A stretch of DNA of 64,000 bases from a candidate division FCPU426 bacterium (GTDB taxonomy: Bacteria; Oederibacteriota; Muellerivitia; Muellerivitales; Muellerivitaceae): positions 94,609-158,608 of the forward strand of contig CAVTWJ010000012.1 in the NCBI GenBank assembly GCA_963738405.1. The letters run 5' to 3'. Positions 12,231 through 23,427 of this stretch are shown piece by piece. Under the pieces are notes generated by a model. It made no database searches and was not told the DNA's origin. It saw only the letters and a program-made list of their open reading frames with translations. Every line of letters begins with the position of its first letter. Within the stretch, counting starts at the first letter, position 1. Both the position numbers and the translations under genes were made by a program.

Positions 12231-12330
12231 TCTTGAAGACGGGATAGAGGCTCCGGGGGACAGAGTTTTGATGCCCCTAGTTTTTTTATGGCGGAAATTA
12301 AATCAGGAACTCCATCCTCTGGAAGGAAAA

Positions 12331-13731
12331 TCAGTCCCGGGAATCTTGAAGGCCGTATTTTTTGATCTTCAAGCGGAGGGTCTTATAATCCACATCCAAT
12401 ACCTTTGCCGCCTGGCTTTTATTGCCATGGGTGGAACGCAGGGCGTTGGAGATGGCTTGTCTTTCCACCTGTTCCGTCGCGCTTTCGACGATCTTGCGAA
12501 GCGCCATTCCGGGAAGAAGGGGCACCTCCAGCGGGCCGGATGCTTCCGATCTGTCCGAAGCCCCCAATAGGGCCTTGACCTGTTCCGCATGGATGGTGGA
12601 ATCGTGGGTCAGCAGCACCGCCTGCCGCATGACATTTCGCAATTCCCGGATATTGCCGGGCCAGGAATGGGTCTTCATGAGCTCTAAGGCCTCTTCCGAA
12701 ACGGCCGTCACAGGCCTTTTAAATTCCCGGCAGGCTTCCTCGCGGAACCTTTGGGCTAGGGGCGGAATATCCTCCCGCCGGTCACGCAGGGGGGGCAGTT
12801 GAAGGGTGCATTCGGCCAGCCGGTAATAAAGGTCTTGGCGGAATTGCCCTGATTTGGCTGCCCCTTCTAACGGCGTGTTGGTGGCGGCGATGATGCGCAC
12901 GTCCACCGAGAAGGCCTTGACCGCGCCCACCGGCCTCACCTGCCGTTCCTGCAGAGTCCTCAGGAGCTTGGCTTGTAAAGAAAGGGAAAGGTTCCCAATT
13001 TCGTCCAGGAAAAGGGTCCCGCCTTCGGCCAGTTCGAACTGCCCGGGCTTGCGGGAGTCTGCCCCGCTGAAGGCCCCCTTTTCATGGCCGAAGAGTTCGG
13101 ACTCCAGGAGGTTTTCCGGGAGCGCCCCGCAATCGACGGCGACAAAGGGCCCGTCCCTGCGGGAGCTTTCTTCGTGAAGGGCCCGGGCCGCCGGTTCCTT
13201 TCCGGTTCCGGTCTCGCCCTGGATCAAGACGGTCAGGTTGGAGTCGGCCACTTTCTGGATGTGCCGCACCACCTCCATGATGGCGGGGCTTTTGCCCGTG
13301 ATAACGAAAAGGGCGGGTCCCATCCTCCCGGCCTTTCGCCGCAAGGCCGTCACTTCGCTCAAGAGCTCGCTTTGCTCCACCGCGTGGCGCAGGATCAGCA
13401 GCAGCTGGTCGTTTTCGAAAGGTTTGATGAGAAAATTGTCAGCCCCCATCTGGATGGCCTCCACGGCATTTCGAATATCGCTATAGCCGGTGAGCATGAT
13501 GACGGGGAGGTTGGGCTGGGATTTTTTGAGCTCCTTGAGCACCTCCAGACCGTTGATGTCGGGCAAGAGAAGATCCAGGATGACGGCGTCGGGAGCGAAA
13601 CGGACGGCTTGGTCAAGGGCCGCCCGGCCGCTGGTGGCCGTCAACACTTCGTACCCCCGGACATTTTCCAAGGCCAATTCGAGGAGCGTGCATTCGGCTT
13701 TGTTGTCGTCCACTGCGAGGATTTTTTTCAT
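12331..13731 (-). CDS. Sigma-54-dependent response regulator (NtrC family, REC-AAA+-HTH)
   Basis: GETGTGKE Walker A, ESELFGHEKGAFSGA, LFLDEIG, WPGNIRELRN, C-terminal Fis-type HTH; start MKKILAVDD at 13731. Confidence 0.95.
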   Translation of the reverse strand: MKKILAVDDNKAECTLLELALENVRGYEVLTATSGRAALDQAVRFAPDAVILDLLLPDINGLEVLKELKKSQPNLPVIMLTGYSDIRNAVEAIQMGADNFLIKPFENDQLLLILRHAVEQSELLSEVTALRRKAGRMGPALFVITGKSPAIMEVVRHIQKVADSNLTVLIQGETGTGKEPAARALHEESSRRDGPFVAVDCGALPENLLESELFGHEKGAFSGADSRKPGQFELAEGGTLFLDEIGNLSLSLQAKLLRTLQERQVRPVGAVKAFSVDVRIIAATNTPLEGAAKSGQFRQDLYYRLAECTLQLPPLRDRREDIPPLAQRFREEACREFKRPVTAVSEEALELMKTHSWPGNIRELRNVMRQAVLLTHDSTIHAEQVKALLGASDRSEASGPLEVPLLPGMALRKIVESATEQVERQAISNALRSTHGNKSQAAKVLDVDYKTLRLKIKKYGLQDSRD

Positions 13732-14069
13732 ATTCACCTCGTACTGAAAACAGACCGCCATGGCGCTGGAACAGTCCCAGGTCAGGGCGGGATTAGATTG
13801 ATTGTTTTATTTTTTCGTAGAACCGCCTGGGAGGAGCATTTTTTCAGGCAAAGGCCTTGCTTGAATGAATAATTATTTGACCCTCTTCGGTGGAAAATCA
13901 AACCCCTCGTGAAATAAGCGAAAGATTTTCTTCCCACCCTGTCAAAATTTAATGGGTACGTTTTCCCTATTAGCATTCAAAATTTTCATCGAAAGAACGA
14001 ATGCGGATGATTGGGTTCAATCGGGCGGGCTAAAATCATTTTTCTAAATCCGCGCCAAGCTACCAAACT

Positions 14070-14528
14070 TCAGGGCGATTCCAACCGGCTGGGCAAAACC
14101 GCCCGTTTGAACCAAAAGTCCACCAAACACCGGGTGGTTTCCTGGAAGCCCCTGAAATCCATGGGTTTCATCAAGTACCCATTAGCGTTCATCTCATAGG
14201 CTTCGCGCACATCCGATTCCAACCGGGAACTGGTCAAAATGATCACCGGGATAATCTTAAACGCCGGATCGCTTTTGATCATTCGCAGCGCCATCCGGCC
14301 GTCAATGCGGGGGGTATTCAAATCCAACAAGACCATATCGGGCGCGGGAGATTCTTTATACTTCCCTTCCCGTTTCAGGAAGTTGATGGCTTCCTCCCCG
14401 TTCGTCACGAAATTCAAATGGACCGCCGTCATGGTTTCGTGAAAGGCCTGCTGCATCAAAAGAACGTCCCCGGCGTTGTCTTCCACGATCAAAATCTCAA
14501 AGGGCCTATAGACCAACCGTCCGTTCAT
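14070..14528 (-). CDS. Single-domain response regulator (Rcp1-like)
   Basis: [10 protein letters not shown]...[12 protein letters not shown]...IPVIILTSS...[12 protein letters not shown] overlaps the stop of the upstream kinase. Confidence 0.9.
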   Translation of the reverse strand: MNGRLVYRPFEILIVEDNAGDVLLMQQAFHETMTAVHLNFVTNGEEAINFLKREGKYKESPAPDMVLLDLNTPRIDGRMALRMIKSDPAFKIIPVIILTSSRLESDVREAYEMNANGYLMKPMDFRGFQETTRCLVDFWFKRAVLPSRLESP

Positions 14529-16957
14529 AACCTGCCTCCCCTCATGGCGGGCAGGGTCCAATAAAAACAGGAGCCTTGCCCTGGCTGCGCTTCCACCCAA
14601 ATACGCCCTCCGTGCCGGGAAACCACCTTCTTGCAGATGGCCAGCCCGATCCCGTTACCCGGATACTCGCTGCGGGTGTGCAGGCGTTTAAACACGTCGA
14701 AAATCTGGTCCGAGTACTTGGGGTCCATCCCGATCCCGTTGTCACGGACGCTGAACTGCCATTCCCCCTCTTTCGCTTTGGCCTCGATTTGAATGACCGG
14801 CGGCTCTGGCCCCCGAAACTTTACCGCGTTTCCGACCAGGTTTTGAAAGAGCTGGACGATTTGGCTGAAGTTTCCTAAAACAGAAACCTTTTCCAGACCC
14901 TCTTGGGTTACCCGGGCCTCGTTTTCTTTTAGACGCTCCGACAGATTCTGCAGAGCCTGGCGGAGGGCCTCGGCGCAATCCACCGGTTCGAAAGGAGGCG
15001 AATCGCTGCCCAGCCGGGAATAGGTCAAAAGATCCAGGATCAGCCCCTGCATGCGCTGGGCCCCGTCCACCGTGAGGCGGATGTACTCGTCCGCCTCCGT
15101 GTCCAACTTGCCTTTATATTTCATGGACAACAGCTGGACGAAACTCGTGATCATTCGCAGGGGTTCCTGCAGGTCGTGGGAGGCCACATAGGCGAATTGT
15201 TCCAGTTCCCGGTTGGAGCGGGCCAGGTCCTCCATTTTCCGCCGTTCAGTGGTATCCCGGATGGCGCTGGAAACCAAAATGCCTTCCTCGGTCTCAATGG
15301 GGCTCAAGCTGATTTCCACCGAAAATTCCGAACCGTCCTTGCGCAGGGCGTACAGCTCCCGCCCGATTCCCATGGTTCGTACGCGCGGGTGGCCGTAAAA
15401 ACCCTCGCGGTGGCCGGGATGCTGGGGGCGAAACCTGTCGGGGATAAGTTTTTCCACCGCAGAACCGATCAATTCGGCCCTGGAATAGCCGAAAAGCTTC
15501 TCGGTTTGGGCGTTCACCAACACGATCTCGCCCTTGGGGTTCACAATCACCATGGCGTCCGGGGCGGATTCCAAAAGACTCTCAAATTTTTTATCGGTCA
15601 TTTTTTGGCGGCTCGTGTCGCGGCCGATGCCAGCCAATGCCTGGGGCGCTCCCGTGACGCTGTCCTTGATCAAGACAGCGGAAAAATGAAAAGGCAGGGA
15701 GGCCCCGGTTTTGAAATGGCGCAGTTGGAACTCGCCCTGCCAGTGGCCCTGGGCCATCAGGGCGGCGATGATCTCGCTTTGAAGCTTGGGAACATCGGAG
15801 GGTTGAATGAAATCCTGGTGCAATTTGGAGGTTATGTCCTCCTCCGGTTCCAAGCCCACCAGGCGCCGCCCTTCCCGGTTGACGTAAAGCATGTGCCCGT
15901 CGAGTGAGGTCAGACAGATGAAGTCGGAACTGGTTTCCACGAGGAGTGAAAGCCTGCGTCTTTCCTCGATTTCCGCCTCCAGTCTCAGGTTGATTTTTTG
16001 CAGGTCTTCGGTGCGCTCGAGAACCCTTAATTGCAGGTCTGCGTGGGACCACTGCAAAGCTTCCTCCGCTTTTTTTCGTTCCTCCACGACGGAAGCCAGG
16101 GCCAGGATGGTCACGCTGGTGATGCTCATGTAGATTTGAAGGAACAAAAGGGATTGGTTCTGGGTTTCGCCCTGAAAGGGGCCGAACCCGTGGATCGTGC
16201 CCAGGAGCGAAACAAAGGAAACAGCGAAGAGGACCAGCGAGGCGGTAAAGGGATCGAAGCTGACCGCGGCCCACATCAGCAGAGGAATTAAAAAATATTG
16301 GAGGGGGAAATGTTGAACCGAAAGCGCGGCACATCCCCCGAACAAAACCCAGCCCACCAGTAAAAAGGAAGCCCCCAGCAAAGCCCCTTCCAGGAGCCGC
16401 AAAGGCTTCACATGGTTCGGAAAAAAACGGGGCCAAAGTAAAATCGGCGGCGCGACCACCAGGGCCCCGCCCATATCGCCCAGCCACCAAGTGACCCAAA
16501 TGTCTTTGAACAGGGCCGATGGGGCCAACCCCGCCAGTATCAGCGTCCCGACGCCGATGGTCGCGCTGACCGCCGTCGCCGCCACCCCCCCTAAAAACGC
16601 GAAGCGGTACAGCGTGGAGGATTCCCTTAGCGCGTTTTTGCCCTTGGCGAAACGGTTGACCAGGTAATAGGCCGTTAGGGCTTCCAGCGTGTTGCCCGAA
16701 GCGATGCCGAGAGAAGTCCAAACCGTACCGTTCGTGAGCAGATTGGCGAAAAAAGCTCCCAGGAAAACCCCCGGCCAAAGGTCCCAGCCGCCGATCAGAA
16801 GAACCGCCAGGGCGATGCCGGTGGGAGGCCAGATCGCGGTCGCGTTGGCCTGGACAAAGGCCAAGGTCAGCCCCAGCTTGGCGGAAATAAAATAAACACC
16901 CGCCAAGGCTAGGATTTGGAAGGCTTTTTTGATTTTCTTTGGGAGAGCCAAGGTCAT
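14525..16957 (-). CDS. MASE1-PAS-PAS sensor histidine kinase
   Basis: N-terminal multi-TM region ([18 protein letters not shown]), two PAS domains, [15 protein letters not shown]-box, GIGLAICKK; start uncertain (16957 or 17017). Confidence 0.92.
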   Translation of the reverse strand: MTLALPKKIKKAFQILALAGVYFISAKLGLTLAFVQANATAIWPPTGIALAVLLIGGWDLWPGVFLGAFFANLLTNGTVWTSLGIASGNTLEALTAYYLVNRFAKGKNALRESSTLYRFAFLGGVAATAVSATIGVGTLILAGLAPSALFKDIWVTWWLGDMGGALVVAPPILLWPRFFPNHVKPLRLLEGALLGASFLLVGWVLFGGCAALSVQHFPLQYFLIPLLMWAAVSFDPFTASLVLFAVSFVSLLGTIHGFGPFQGETQNQSLLFLQIYMSITSVTILALASVVEERKKAEEALQWSHADLQLRVLERTEDLQKINLRLEAEIEERRRLSLLVETSSDFICLTSLDGHMLYVNREGRRLVGLEPEEDITSKLHQDFIQPSDVPKLQSEIIAALMAQGHWQGEFQLRHFKTGASLPFHFSAVLIKDSVTGAPQALAGIGRDTSRQKMTDKKFESLLESAPDAMVIVNPKGEIVLVNAQTEKLFGYSRAELIGSAVEKLIPDRFRPQHPGHREGFYGHPRVRTMGIGRELYALRKDGSEFSVEISLSPIETEEGILVSSAIRDTTERRKMEDLARSNRELEQFAYVASHDLQEPLRMITSFVQLLSMKYKGKLDTEADEYIRLTVDGAQRMQGLILDLLTYSRLGSDSPPFEPVDCAEALRQALQNLSERLKENEARVTQEGLEKVSVLGNFSQIVQLFQNLVGNAVKFRGPEPPVIQIEAKAKEGEWQFSVRDNGIGMDPKYSDQIFDVFKRLHTRSEYPGNGIGLAICKKVVSRHGGRIWVEAQPGQGSCFYWTLPAMRGGRL

Positions 16958-16985
16958 GCGGGTCCTTTGGACGGAGAGTTGGGGT

Positions 16986-18305
16986 TTAGAGCGAAACCGA
17001 AGGGTCGGATTTTCCATAAACTACAAAATGGGCCCCGCCTTCGGATTTGGACTGGTAAAGGGCCGAATCCGCGTCCTTAAGTAGTTTTTCGCTCTCGCCT
17101 TCCGCACGATCCGAGAAGGCTATGCCTATGCTGACGCCCGTTTGAACTTGTCCTTCCCTCAGCAGGTAAGGTACGCGGGCGGCTTCCTGGATACGTTCCG
17201 CGATCTCGACCGCTTCCTTCGGGCTATGAAGTTCCTCCAACAAGACTGTGAACTCATCCCCGCCCATGCGGCCCACCACATCGTAGGGACGCACGGCGGC
17301 TTTCAACCGCTGGGCGAATTCCACCAAAAGCCTATCCCCCGCCGGGTGACCCAGGCTGTCGTTGACGTACTTGAATCTGTCCAGATCCAGGTAGAAAAGG
17401 GCGAGCAGGCTGGAGGGAAGCCGCTGCAGACGGTCGCAGGCTTGGGAAAGCAATTTCATGAAAAGCGCCCGATTGGGAAGGCCGGTCATGTTGTCGTAAT
17501 AGGCCTGCAGGGCCAGCACCTGTTCTAGGTTTTTATGGCGGGTGATATCCGTCAGGGAGCCGGCCATGCGGGTGGGCTGACCCTTTTTGTCCTTGATGGC
17601 CAGGCCCCGGCTGAGGACCCAGCGGTACCGCCCGTCCTTGTGGCGCAGGCGGTGTTCGTTGGCGAAGTGCGGGGTTTCGCCCTGCAGGTGCCGGTCGATT
17701 TCCTTTTTGAATTTCGGAAGATCCTCGGGGTGGATGAGGCCAAACCAGTCCTCGGGACTGCCGCCGATTTCACCCTCCTCATAACCCAGCATCATTTTCC
17801 AGCGGGGCGAAAGATAAATCTGGTGGGTCAGGAAGTTCCAATCCCATAGGCCGTCGCGGGAGCCCATCGCCGCGAGGAAATAACGTTCCTCGTTCTCCTG
17901 GGCCTTCTTCAGCAGGCGGTAACGTTCGATGGAATAGCGGATGGACCGCTTCAGCAAGTCGCCGCTCAGGTGATCCTTCATCAGGAAATCCTGGGCGCCC
18001 TCATGCAGAGCCTGCACCGCCATTTCCTTTTCAGCGAGGCCGGTGAGAACCACGACGGGCACATGAGGCGAGGCTTCCAGGAATGTTTTCAATGTGGCCA
18101 GGCCGGAGGAATCGGGGAGGAACAGATCAAGCAACACCAGATCTAGATTTCCCCGGGCCAGGAGGTCCTGCCCCTCCCGGAGGCGGACGGCCCTTTCCAG
18201 CAGATACGGAAAGGCGTCTTTTTCCCGGAGCGCCTCCTGAAGAAGGAGGGCGTCACCGGGATTATCTTCAATCAGCAAAATTCGGGTTGGCGTTGCCGTT
18301 TCCAT
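16986..18305 (-). CDS. REC-PAS-GGDEF diguanylate cyclase
   Basis: Receiver domain, PAS (DGLWDWN...IHPED), intact RMGGDEF motif. Confidence 0.93.
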   Translation of the reverse strand: METATPTRILLIEDNPGDALLLQEALREKDAFPYLLERAVRLREGQDLLARGNLDLVLLDLFLPDSSGLATLKTFLEASPHVPVVVLTGLAEKEMAVQALHEGAQDFLMKDHLSGDLLKRSIRYSIERYRLLKKAQENEERYFLAAMGSRDGLWDWNFLTHQIYLSPRWKMMLGYEEGEIGGSPEDWFGLIHPEDLPKFKKEIDRHLQGETPHFANEHRLRHKDGRYRWVLSRGLAIKDKKGQPTRMAGSLTDITRHKNLEQVLALQAYYDNMTGLPNRALFMKLLSQACDRLQRLPSSLLALFYLDLDRFKYVNDSLGHPAGDRLLVEFAQRLKAAVRPYDVVGRMGGDEFTVLLEELHSPKEAVEIAERIQEAARVPYLLREGQVQTGVSIGIAFSDRAEGESEKLLKDADSALYQSKSEGGAHFVVYGKSDPSVSL

Positions 18306-18335
18306 AAAAACTCGTTCCGGCCGCGATCCGCGGCC

Positions 18336-18803
18336 TTAGGCCATCTGCCCTCCCCCGTCCTCCGGGTGCGACTTGCGGAGCCAAACATCCTCCACGTAAC
18401 GCATCGCCATGAAGAGCTGGTCCAGATCGGATGGCTTCACGATGAAAAAATTAGCCTGGCATTCGTAGGCCCGCTGGAGATCCGAATCCAGCTTGGAGCT
18501 GGTCAGAATCACCACGGGAATGTCCTTAAGCCGGGAGTGGGCTTTGATTTCCTGCAGTACCTCCCACCCGTTCTTCTTGGGAATGTTCAAATCAAGCAGG
18601 ACGAGGTCGGGATGGCTGGGTTTCTTGAAATGCTCCTCGCCTTTTAGGAAGCGAAGGGCTTCTACGCCGTCTTTGGCGCGGGTGACATGGATGGGTCTTT
18701 TGGATGCCTTAAACACCTCGGTAATCAATACTACTTCCCCAATATTGTCCTCGACGAGAAGGACATTAAGCGAAGGGGTAATCTTTTCGGTTAATGAAAC
18801 CAT
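18336..18803 (-). CDS. Single-domain response regulator (Rcp1-like)
   Basis: VLLVEDNIGE...VLLDLNIPKKNG...IPVVILTSS...ANFFIVKP. Confidence 0.9.
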   Translation of the reverse strand: MVSLTEKITPSLNVLLVEDNIGEVVLITEVFKASKRPIHVTRAKDGVEALRFLKGEEHFKKPSHPDLVLLDLNIPKKNGWEVLQEIKAHSRLKDIPVVILTSSKLDSDLQRAYECQANFFIVKPSDLDQLFMAMRYVEDVWLRKSHPEDGGGQMA

Positions 18804-19046
18804 ATTGCCTCCTTTGGCTTTTAGATGTCGAAAGGGCGGCGGAAAAAGTGAAACCTCGGGCCGGGAAGTCCTGTTTCACTTCGTTAATTTCAGGGGGATT
18901 TTAAGACGGGAGAGCTTCAACTCAACCATTCATTTGTTAATTCAAATATATGCCTGAGCTGTGGAAAAAACCATAAAACCGTTTAAATTTACAGTATTGT
19001 CGATTACCCGCCGTACAGTGGCACATTTAAAAACATCAGAAATGTT

Positions 19047-19808
19047 TTAGTTTTTCAGACTGAAATTGAATGAGATAACGCCTGATTGCTCAACCTGGGG
19101 TAATTGGGGAGGCAAAGGCTCGAATTGCCATCGGATCAGGTGGTCATAAACTTCCCGGTCGAGTTCCCGGTAACCCGAAGTTTGAACCATTTCCAGGTCG
19201 TCTTTTAAAAACCCGTTCGGAAGAACCGTTATCCTAAAACGAACCACCGCTTCCACCCCATCTTTTTTGGCCCAATCGGGATAGGGCGGATTGTCCTGAT
19301 TCTTAATATTTCGAGCGGCCAATTCCCCTTCAATATTCGCGTTGCCGTTGGGGGTACCGGCAACCCCCTCTTGGCCTAACCCGGCGCTGGTTTCAATGTT
19401 GGTATCGACCTGCTTTTTGGGGACAAGGCCAATTGGGGCGGACTTTCTTAGATTTTCCAAATATTGCTCTTCGGTTTTGGCGCTGGAATGGGCTTTGGGC
19501 TTTAGAGGATGCTTGATGGCCACTTCCGGCCTGGCGCTATTGGCGACAGCGGGGTTGGCCTGGGCCTGTTGGGGCGTGGAAAAATCTCCCTCGGTCTTGG
19601 CGGTCGGCAAGGCACCCGCCGTTTGTCCCGTTTGGGCGGTCGGCGCCCCCAAACCCTGGCCTTGGGACATTTCACCGATCAAGGTAAGGTCCATCAAAAG
19701 CGGGGTGCGGGTGACGAGGAAGGATTCGTAAATCCAGATAAACAAAACCAATAGTAGGGCATGCAGGACGGCCGAATAAAGAAGCGCTTGGTTAAAACGA
19801 CGATCCAT
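19047..19808 (-). CDS. tonB: Energy transducer TonB-family protein
   Basis: N-terminal TM with SAVLHALL (SxxxH), C-terminal PPYPDWAKKDGVE...TSGYRELD...WQFEP; operon with exbB/exbD homologues. Confidence 0.85.
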   Translation of the reverse strand: MDRRFNQALLYSAVLHALLLVLFIWIYESFLVTRTPLLMDLTLIGEMSQGQGLGAPTAQTGQTAGALPTAKTEGDFSTPQQAQANPAVANSARPEVAIKHPLKPKAHSSAKTEEQYLENLRKSAPIGLVPKKQVDTNIETSAGLGQEGVAGTPNGNANIEGELAARNIKNQDNPPYPDWAKKDGVEAVVRFRITVLPNGFLKDDLEMVQTSGYRELDREVYDHLIRWQFEPLPPQLPQVEQSGVISFNFSLKN

Positions 19809-19816
19809 ATTCCCTC

Positions 19817-20074
19817 CTACTGGCCCTTGGCCGGTTTTTCACCAATTTCGACTACGTCAATGGTTCCGAAATCTTTCCAGTTTTCAAACCATACTTGAAA
19901 CAGTTTGGGATCGTTCGTTTCCATCAATTGAAAACAACGGTTCCCGTCTTTTTCCAGCCAGCTGTTCAGATAATTCAGCCCATCGGGCAACATTCGCCCC
20001 TTGGCATGAAATCTTTCGTAGATTTTGTCTTTTAACCCAGGCGTGAAATGTTCAATAACCATGTATTGCTTCAC
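19817..20074 (-). CDS. Small conserved protein (DUF3303-like)
   Basis: YMVIEHF...IYERF..KGRMLPDGL..L.SW......CFQLME pattern. Confidence 0.65.
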   Translation of the reverse strand: MKQYMVIEHFTPGLKDKIYERFHAKGRMLPDGLNYLNSWLEKDGNRCFQLMETNDPKLFQVWFENWKDFGTIDVVEIGEKPAKGQ

Positions 20075-20514
20075 GGCGTTTTGACTCCGGCGGCAGTTGA
20101 ATCGGGGTTGTCCCCAAGTTCCACTGCGATACCCAGCTTGGTCACGCCCGCCAGATAAGCTTTGGACATCACCCCTGCCACGGTGCCATGCGAAACGTTT
20201 TTATCGGCGTTGATCATGACCAGGGCATTGGGTTTTTGAAGGGTCAAAGCCCTTAATTCTCCCGAGAGACTTTCCAAGGGAGTTTCCTTGGCATCCAGAT
20301 AAATCTTGTCGCCCTGCGTGATCGTTAAGGTAATGGTTTCAGGTAGTTGGGGCGAAGGGGCGGCCACCTTGGGCAGTTTGACCTGAAAATCACCCTGAAA
20401 GAGGAATGGGGTGGTGACCATGAAGATAACCAACAACACCAGCACCACATCGGTAAAGGGCACCATGTTGATTTCGGCCATGAGTCGGGGCCGGGGCCTG
20501 AGGCGGCTATCCAT
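20071..20514 (-). CDS. exbD: ExbD/TolR biopolymer transport protein
   Basis: AEINMVPFTDVVLVLLVIFMVTTP signature. Confidence 0.92.
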   Translation of the reverse strand: MDSRLRPRPRLMAEINMVPFTDVVLVLLVIFMVTTPFLFQGDFQVKLPKVAAPSPQLPETITLTITQGDKIYLDAKETPLESLSGELRALTLQKPNALVMINADKNVSHGTVAGVMSKAYLAGVTKLGIAVELGDNPDSTAAGVKTP

Positions 20515-20516
20515 GT

Positions 20517-21131
20517 TTAGCCTCCGAGTCTTTCGGATATGTCGGAGATAAGAATTTCAGCCTCTTGGGCGGCCCGGTTGAGGCGGGCCTGGAACATGTT
20601 GTAGATAAAAACCGCGAGGATTGCCACGAAGAGGCCCGATGCGGTCGCGAAAAGGGCTTCGGCGATGCCCTGGGAAACCACCGCCGCCCCGCCAGCGTTG
20701 GCTTGGCTAAGGTCGCGGAAGGCCTGGATGATGCCCAACACAGTTCCAAAAAGGCCAATGAAGGGAGCGATGGAGCCGATGGTGGCTAGGAAGGGCAATC
20801 GCCTTTCCAGTTCCAAAAGTTGAAGCTTGGCTTCCCTTTCCATGGCTTTGGTGGGATCGGCCTTTTCCATGCGGGCCAAAATGCCTGTCCGGGCGACGCG
20901 GCTTAAGAACCCGCCAACCTTGTCGCAGTTTTCCAAGGCTTCCTTAAAGCCTGAACGGCCAAGGGATGGCGATAGAACATCCAGCAACACTTGTAGGGGT
21001 TTAAAAGCCTTTCGGTAGAAGCTAAGTCGTTCAATCAGCACCGCAACCACCAGGATTGAAAGAACCACCAAGATCCCAATGGTCCAGCCCCCTTTTGAAA
21101 GAACCTGCAACAGGTTGAAATCGTAAGCCAT
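20517..21131 (-). CDS. exbB: MotA/TolQ/ExbB proton channel protein
   Basis: LATIGSIAPFIGLFGTVLGII...GIAEALFATASGL signature. Confidence 0.93.
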   Translation of the reverse strand: MAYDFNLLQVLSKGGWTIGILVVLSILVVAVLIERLSFYRKAFKPLQVLLDVLSPSLGRSGFKEALENCDKVGGFLSRVARTGILARMEKADPTKAMEREAKLQLLELERRLPFLATIGSIAPFIGLFGTVLGIIQAFRDLSQANAGGAAVVSQGIAEALFATASGLFVAILAVFIYNMFQARLNRAAQEAEILISDISERLGG

Positions 21132-21200
21132 GCTTTCCTCCTCGTGTTTTTAAGAGCCTATCAGGCTCCCCAACAGGAACCAATCAAAGGTCATCAATTT

Positions 21201-21590
21201 TTAAAACATCCCATTTTCATTTGGAGAATCCTGCGGGATGGGCTGGCCCATATCCCAAAGTTCGACGATTTTATCGCCCGCAAAACGGAACACATGAACA
21301 AGGATTAGGCCTGGCGACACGGGATTGGGCCTCATCATGGAATGCACCACGACCAAATCCCCTTCCTCTACGGTATGTTTGACTTCGAGTGTTTTATGCG
21401 GAAATTGAAGGTGGTTTTTTTCCATTGCAACCAAAAGAGATTCTCGGTCCCCAGGGAAATGGGGATTGTGATGGATAAATTGTGTCGCCACAAAGCGGTC
21501 ATAAGCTTCCCTCACCTTGCCGCCAACCACCGAGTTTAAAAAAGATAGAGCGGCTTCCTTGCGGCTCGTCGTTGTGACTTCAATTCCCAT
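21201..21590 (-). CDS. SnoaL/NTF2-like protein
   Basis: FIHHNP...EGDLVVVHS...FRFAGDKIVELWD pattern. Confidence 0.8.
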   Translation of the reverse strand: MGIEVTTTSRKEAALSFLNSVVGGKVREAYDRFVATQFIHHNPHFPGDRESLLVAMEKNHLQFPHKTLEVKHTVEEGDLVVVHSMMRPNPVSPGLILVHVFRFAGDKIVELWDMGQPIPQDSPNENGMF

Positions 21591-21603
21591 GATCAGTCCT
21601 TTT

Positions 21604-23427
21604 TTAGAAAATCAGTTCTACCCCGCCACGTACATGGTATTGGGGCTCGAGATAGCCTGGCTGAACCTGGTAAACCTCGCCCAAAAGATTCTCACCCTGC
21701 AACCACAAGGAGAAGGTCTTGTTAAAATGGTAGGTGACCGAGAGGTTGAGGCTGTTGTAGGCGGGCAAGGTGCCGGATGTGGAAGCAAAAGCGTTGGTGG
21801 CGGAAACCATAACCCATTCCAATCGGCCTTCCCATTGATCATCGCCCCGGTAAATAGACAAGACCCCCCGGTTTTGCGGAAGGGCTGTGACGTTAAGCCC
21901 ATCGTTGCCCGTGTTGTCGGCCTGGGCGTATTCATAAAGCCCGGAAGCCTGCCAATACCGCGCGAAATCCCACTGCAAACTGGCACCGGCCTTCGTCATT
22001 TGAATTTGGTTGAGTGTGCCGTACTGTTGGATAAAAGTGGGCAAAGCGTCATTGAAATCAGTCCATTGGTGGTAACCCTGAACTTGAGCGGTGGAAGCCG
22101 AGAGTGAAAGAATAATTCTTTCGTTGAGCTTCTGGGTCAAACGGGCGCCCCATTCTGAATTTACTTGGGTAGGTGTTGCAAACCCGCCATCCGGATCGAC
22201 ATGCTCCCGGTCCATATAGGTATTGTGGAAATCATCCACGTAACGGTCGCTTCGCCAATAAATATCCAATTGGCTGGTTCCGAAAATGCGCCACATCAAA
22301 TCCGCTGCCGGGTAGACATTCAAAGGCAGGTTCAAACTCCCGCCCCCTTCTTGGGCCTGCACTTGGAGAGCTAAAGAAAGATTCTCGCCTGATTTAAGGG
22401 TGGTTTTGATATCCGCCCATTCCCAGTCGAAGGCTATTGCTCGAAAAGTTGAAAAATCGGAAGTTGCTTGGCGCCAGCCGGCTTCGGCTGAAAAACTTTC
22501 AATGGCTGGGTCGATATTCTCAATTTCCCACCTGACCTGTGTTTCCAGTTCATCTGCGTAATAATCGGTAAGGAGATATTGCCATCCGTATAATTCAGTT
22601 GTATTGAAGGTCACCTTCAATTGGAACTTGGACAATTCGGTTTGTTTCCACTGCGCTTCCCCGTTGAGATTTATCCCTTGATGGGTTTCAGCAAGGTTAT
22701 TTTGATAGGGCAGGTTAGCCTGGTTGTAGTCATAGCCGCCTTCGAGCCTGAAGCTCAATTTATCCTCCGGCAGAAAATGCAGGTCGAGATTGCCTCCTGT
22801 CTTTTGGTCCCCATCCAATCCGGGACCAAGGGCTTGGCCCGACCATGTGGAATAGAACCCGGACAGAATCGCCTGAATATCCTTAAAGTCTTCACCCACA
22901 AGCCCCCAACCGCCATAGGTGCCGGGGATGCCGCCGCCCAAATGCAGCACCACCGCCGAATTTTGCGAGGGACCCGGCTCTTCGGTGGAAAGGGCCGTCA
23001 TGGTTTTATTTAATCCCGGCAGGTCGTTGAGGCCCCGTTCGATGCCCGTTAGATCGTGGCTTCCCAGGGTGACGTCATTTTCTTTGCGATCTAACCGGCT
23101 GGCGCCGATGGTTAATTCGTTTTCACCAGTAATAAGGACTTCAGGAAGCGAAAATTCAGGCACCGAGGATGATTTGGCGGGAACCGGGGCCTTTTCCCCT
23201 TCGCCTTGGGATGGAACCTGACCGGGGCCCGGGGCTTGCGACATGGAAGCGGGTTCGTTGGAAGAGGGTTCGGGTTTGGACAGGGCAACCCCTTGCGGAG
23301 CGGGCGCTTCGGAAGTTTCGGTTGTAGCGGCATTGTCATCGGCAGGGTTGGAAGAAGGGTCATCAGCCCAAAGTCTTCCCAAACCCAAACTTAAGACCAT
23401 GCAAAGAAGTAAGGATAATTTTTTCAT
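21604..23427 (-). CDS. Outer-membrane beta-barrel protein (TonB-dependent-receptor-like C-terminus)
   Basis: Signal peptide from MKKLSLLL (23427, ATGA overlap with the TPR gene), amphipathic beta strands, ends GENLL...GGVELIF with terminal Phe. Confidence 0.75.
   Translation of the reverse strand: MKKLSLLLCMVLSLGLGRLWADDPSSNPADDNAATTETSEAPAPQGVALSKPEPSSNEPASMSQAPGPGQVPSQGEGEKAPVPAKSSSVPEFSLPEVLITGENELTIGASRLDRKENDVTLGSHDLTGIERGLNDLPGLNKTMTALSTEEPGPSQNSAVVLHLGGGIPGTYGGWGLVGEDFKDIQAILSGFYSTWSGQALGPGLDGDQKTGGNLDLHFLPEDKLSFRLEGGYDYNQANLPYQNNLAETHQGINLNGEAQWKQTELSKFQLKVTFNTTELYGWQYLLTDYYADELETQVRWEIENIDPAIESFSAEAGWRQATSDFSTFRAIAFDWEWADIKTTLKSGENLSLALQVQAQEGGGSLNLPLNVYPAADLMWRIFGTSQLDIYWRSDRYVDDFHNTYMDREHVDPDGGFATPTQVNSEWGARLTQKLNERIILSLSASTAQVQGYHQWTDFNDALPTFIQQYGTLNQIQMTKAGASLQWDFARYWQASGLYEYAQADNTGNDGLNVTALPQNRGVLSIYRGDDQWEGRLEWVMVSATNAFASTSGTLPAYNSLNLSVTYHFNKTFSLWLQGENLLGEVYQVQPGYLEPQYHVRGGVELIF

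Noticed and set aside
7479..19046. Sigma-54 (-24/-12) promoters near the NtrC-type gene
   Set aside because: The candidate GGCAC sites I checked (about 7685 and 19020) lack the GC at the required spacing.
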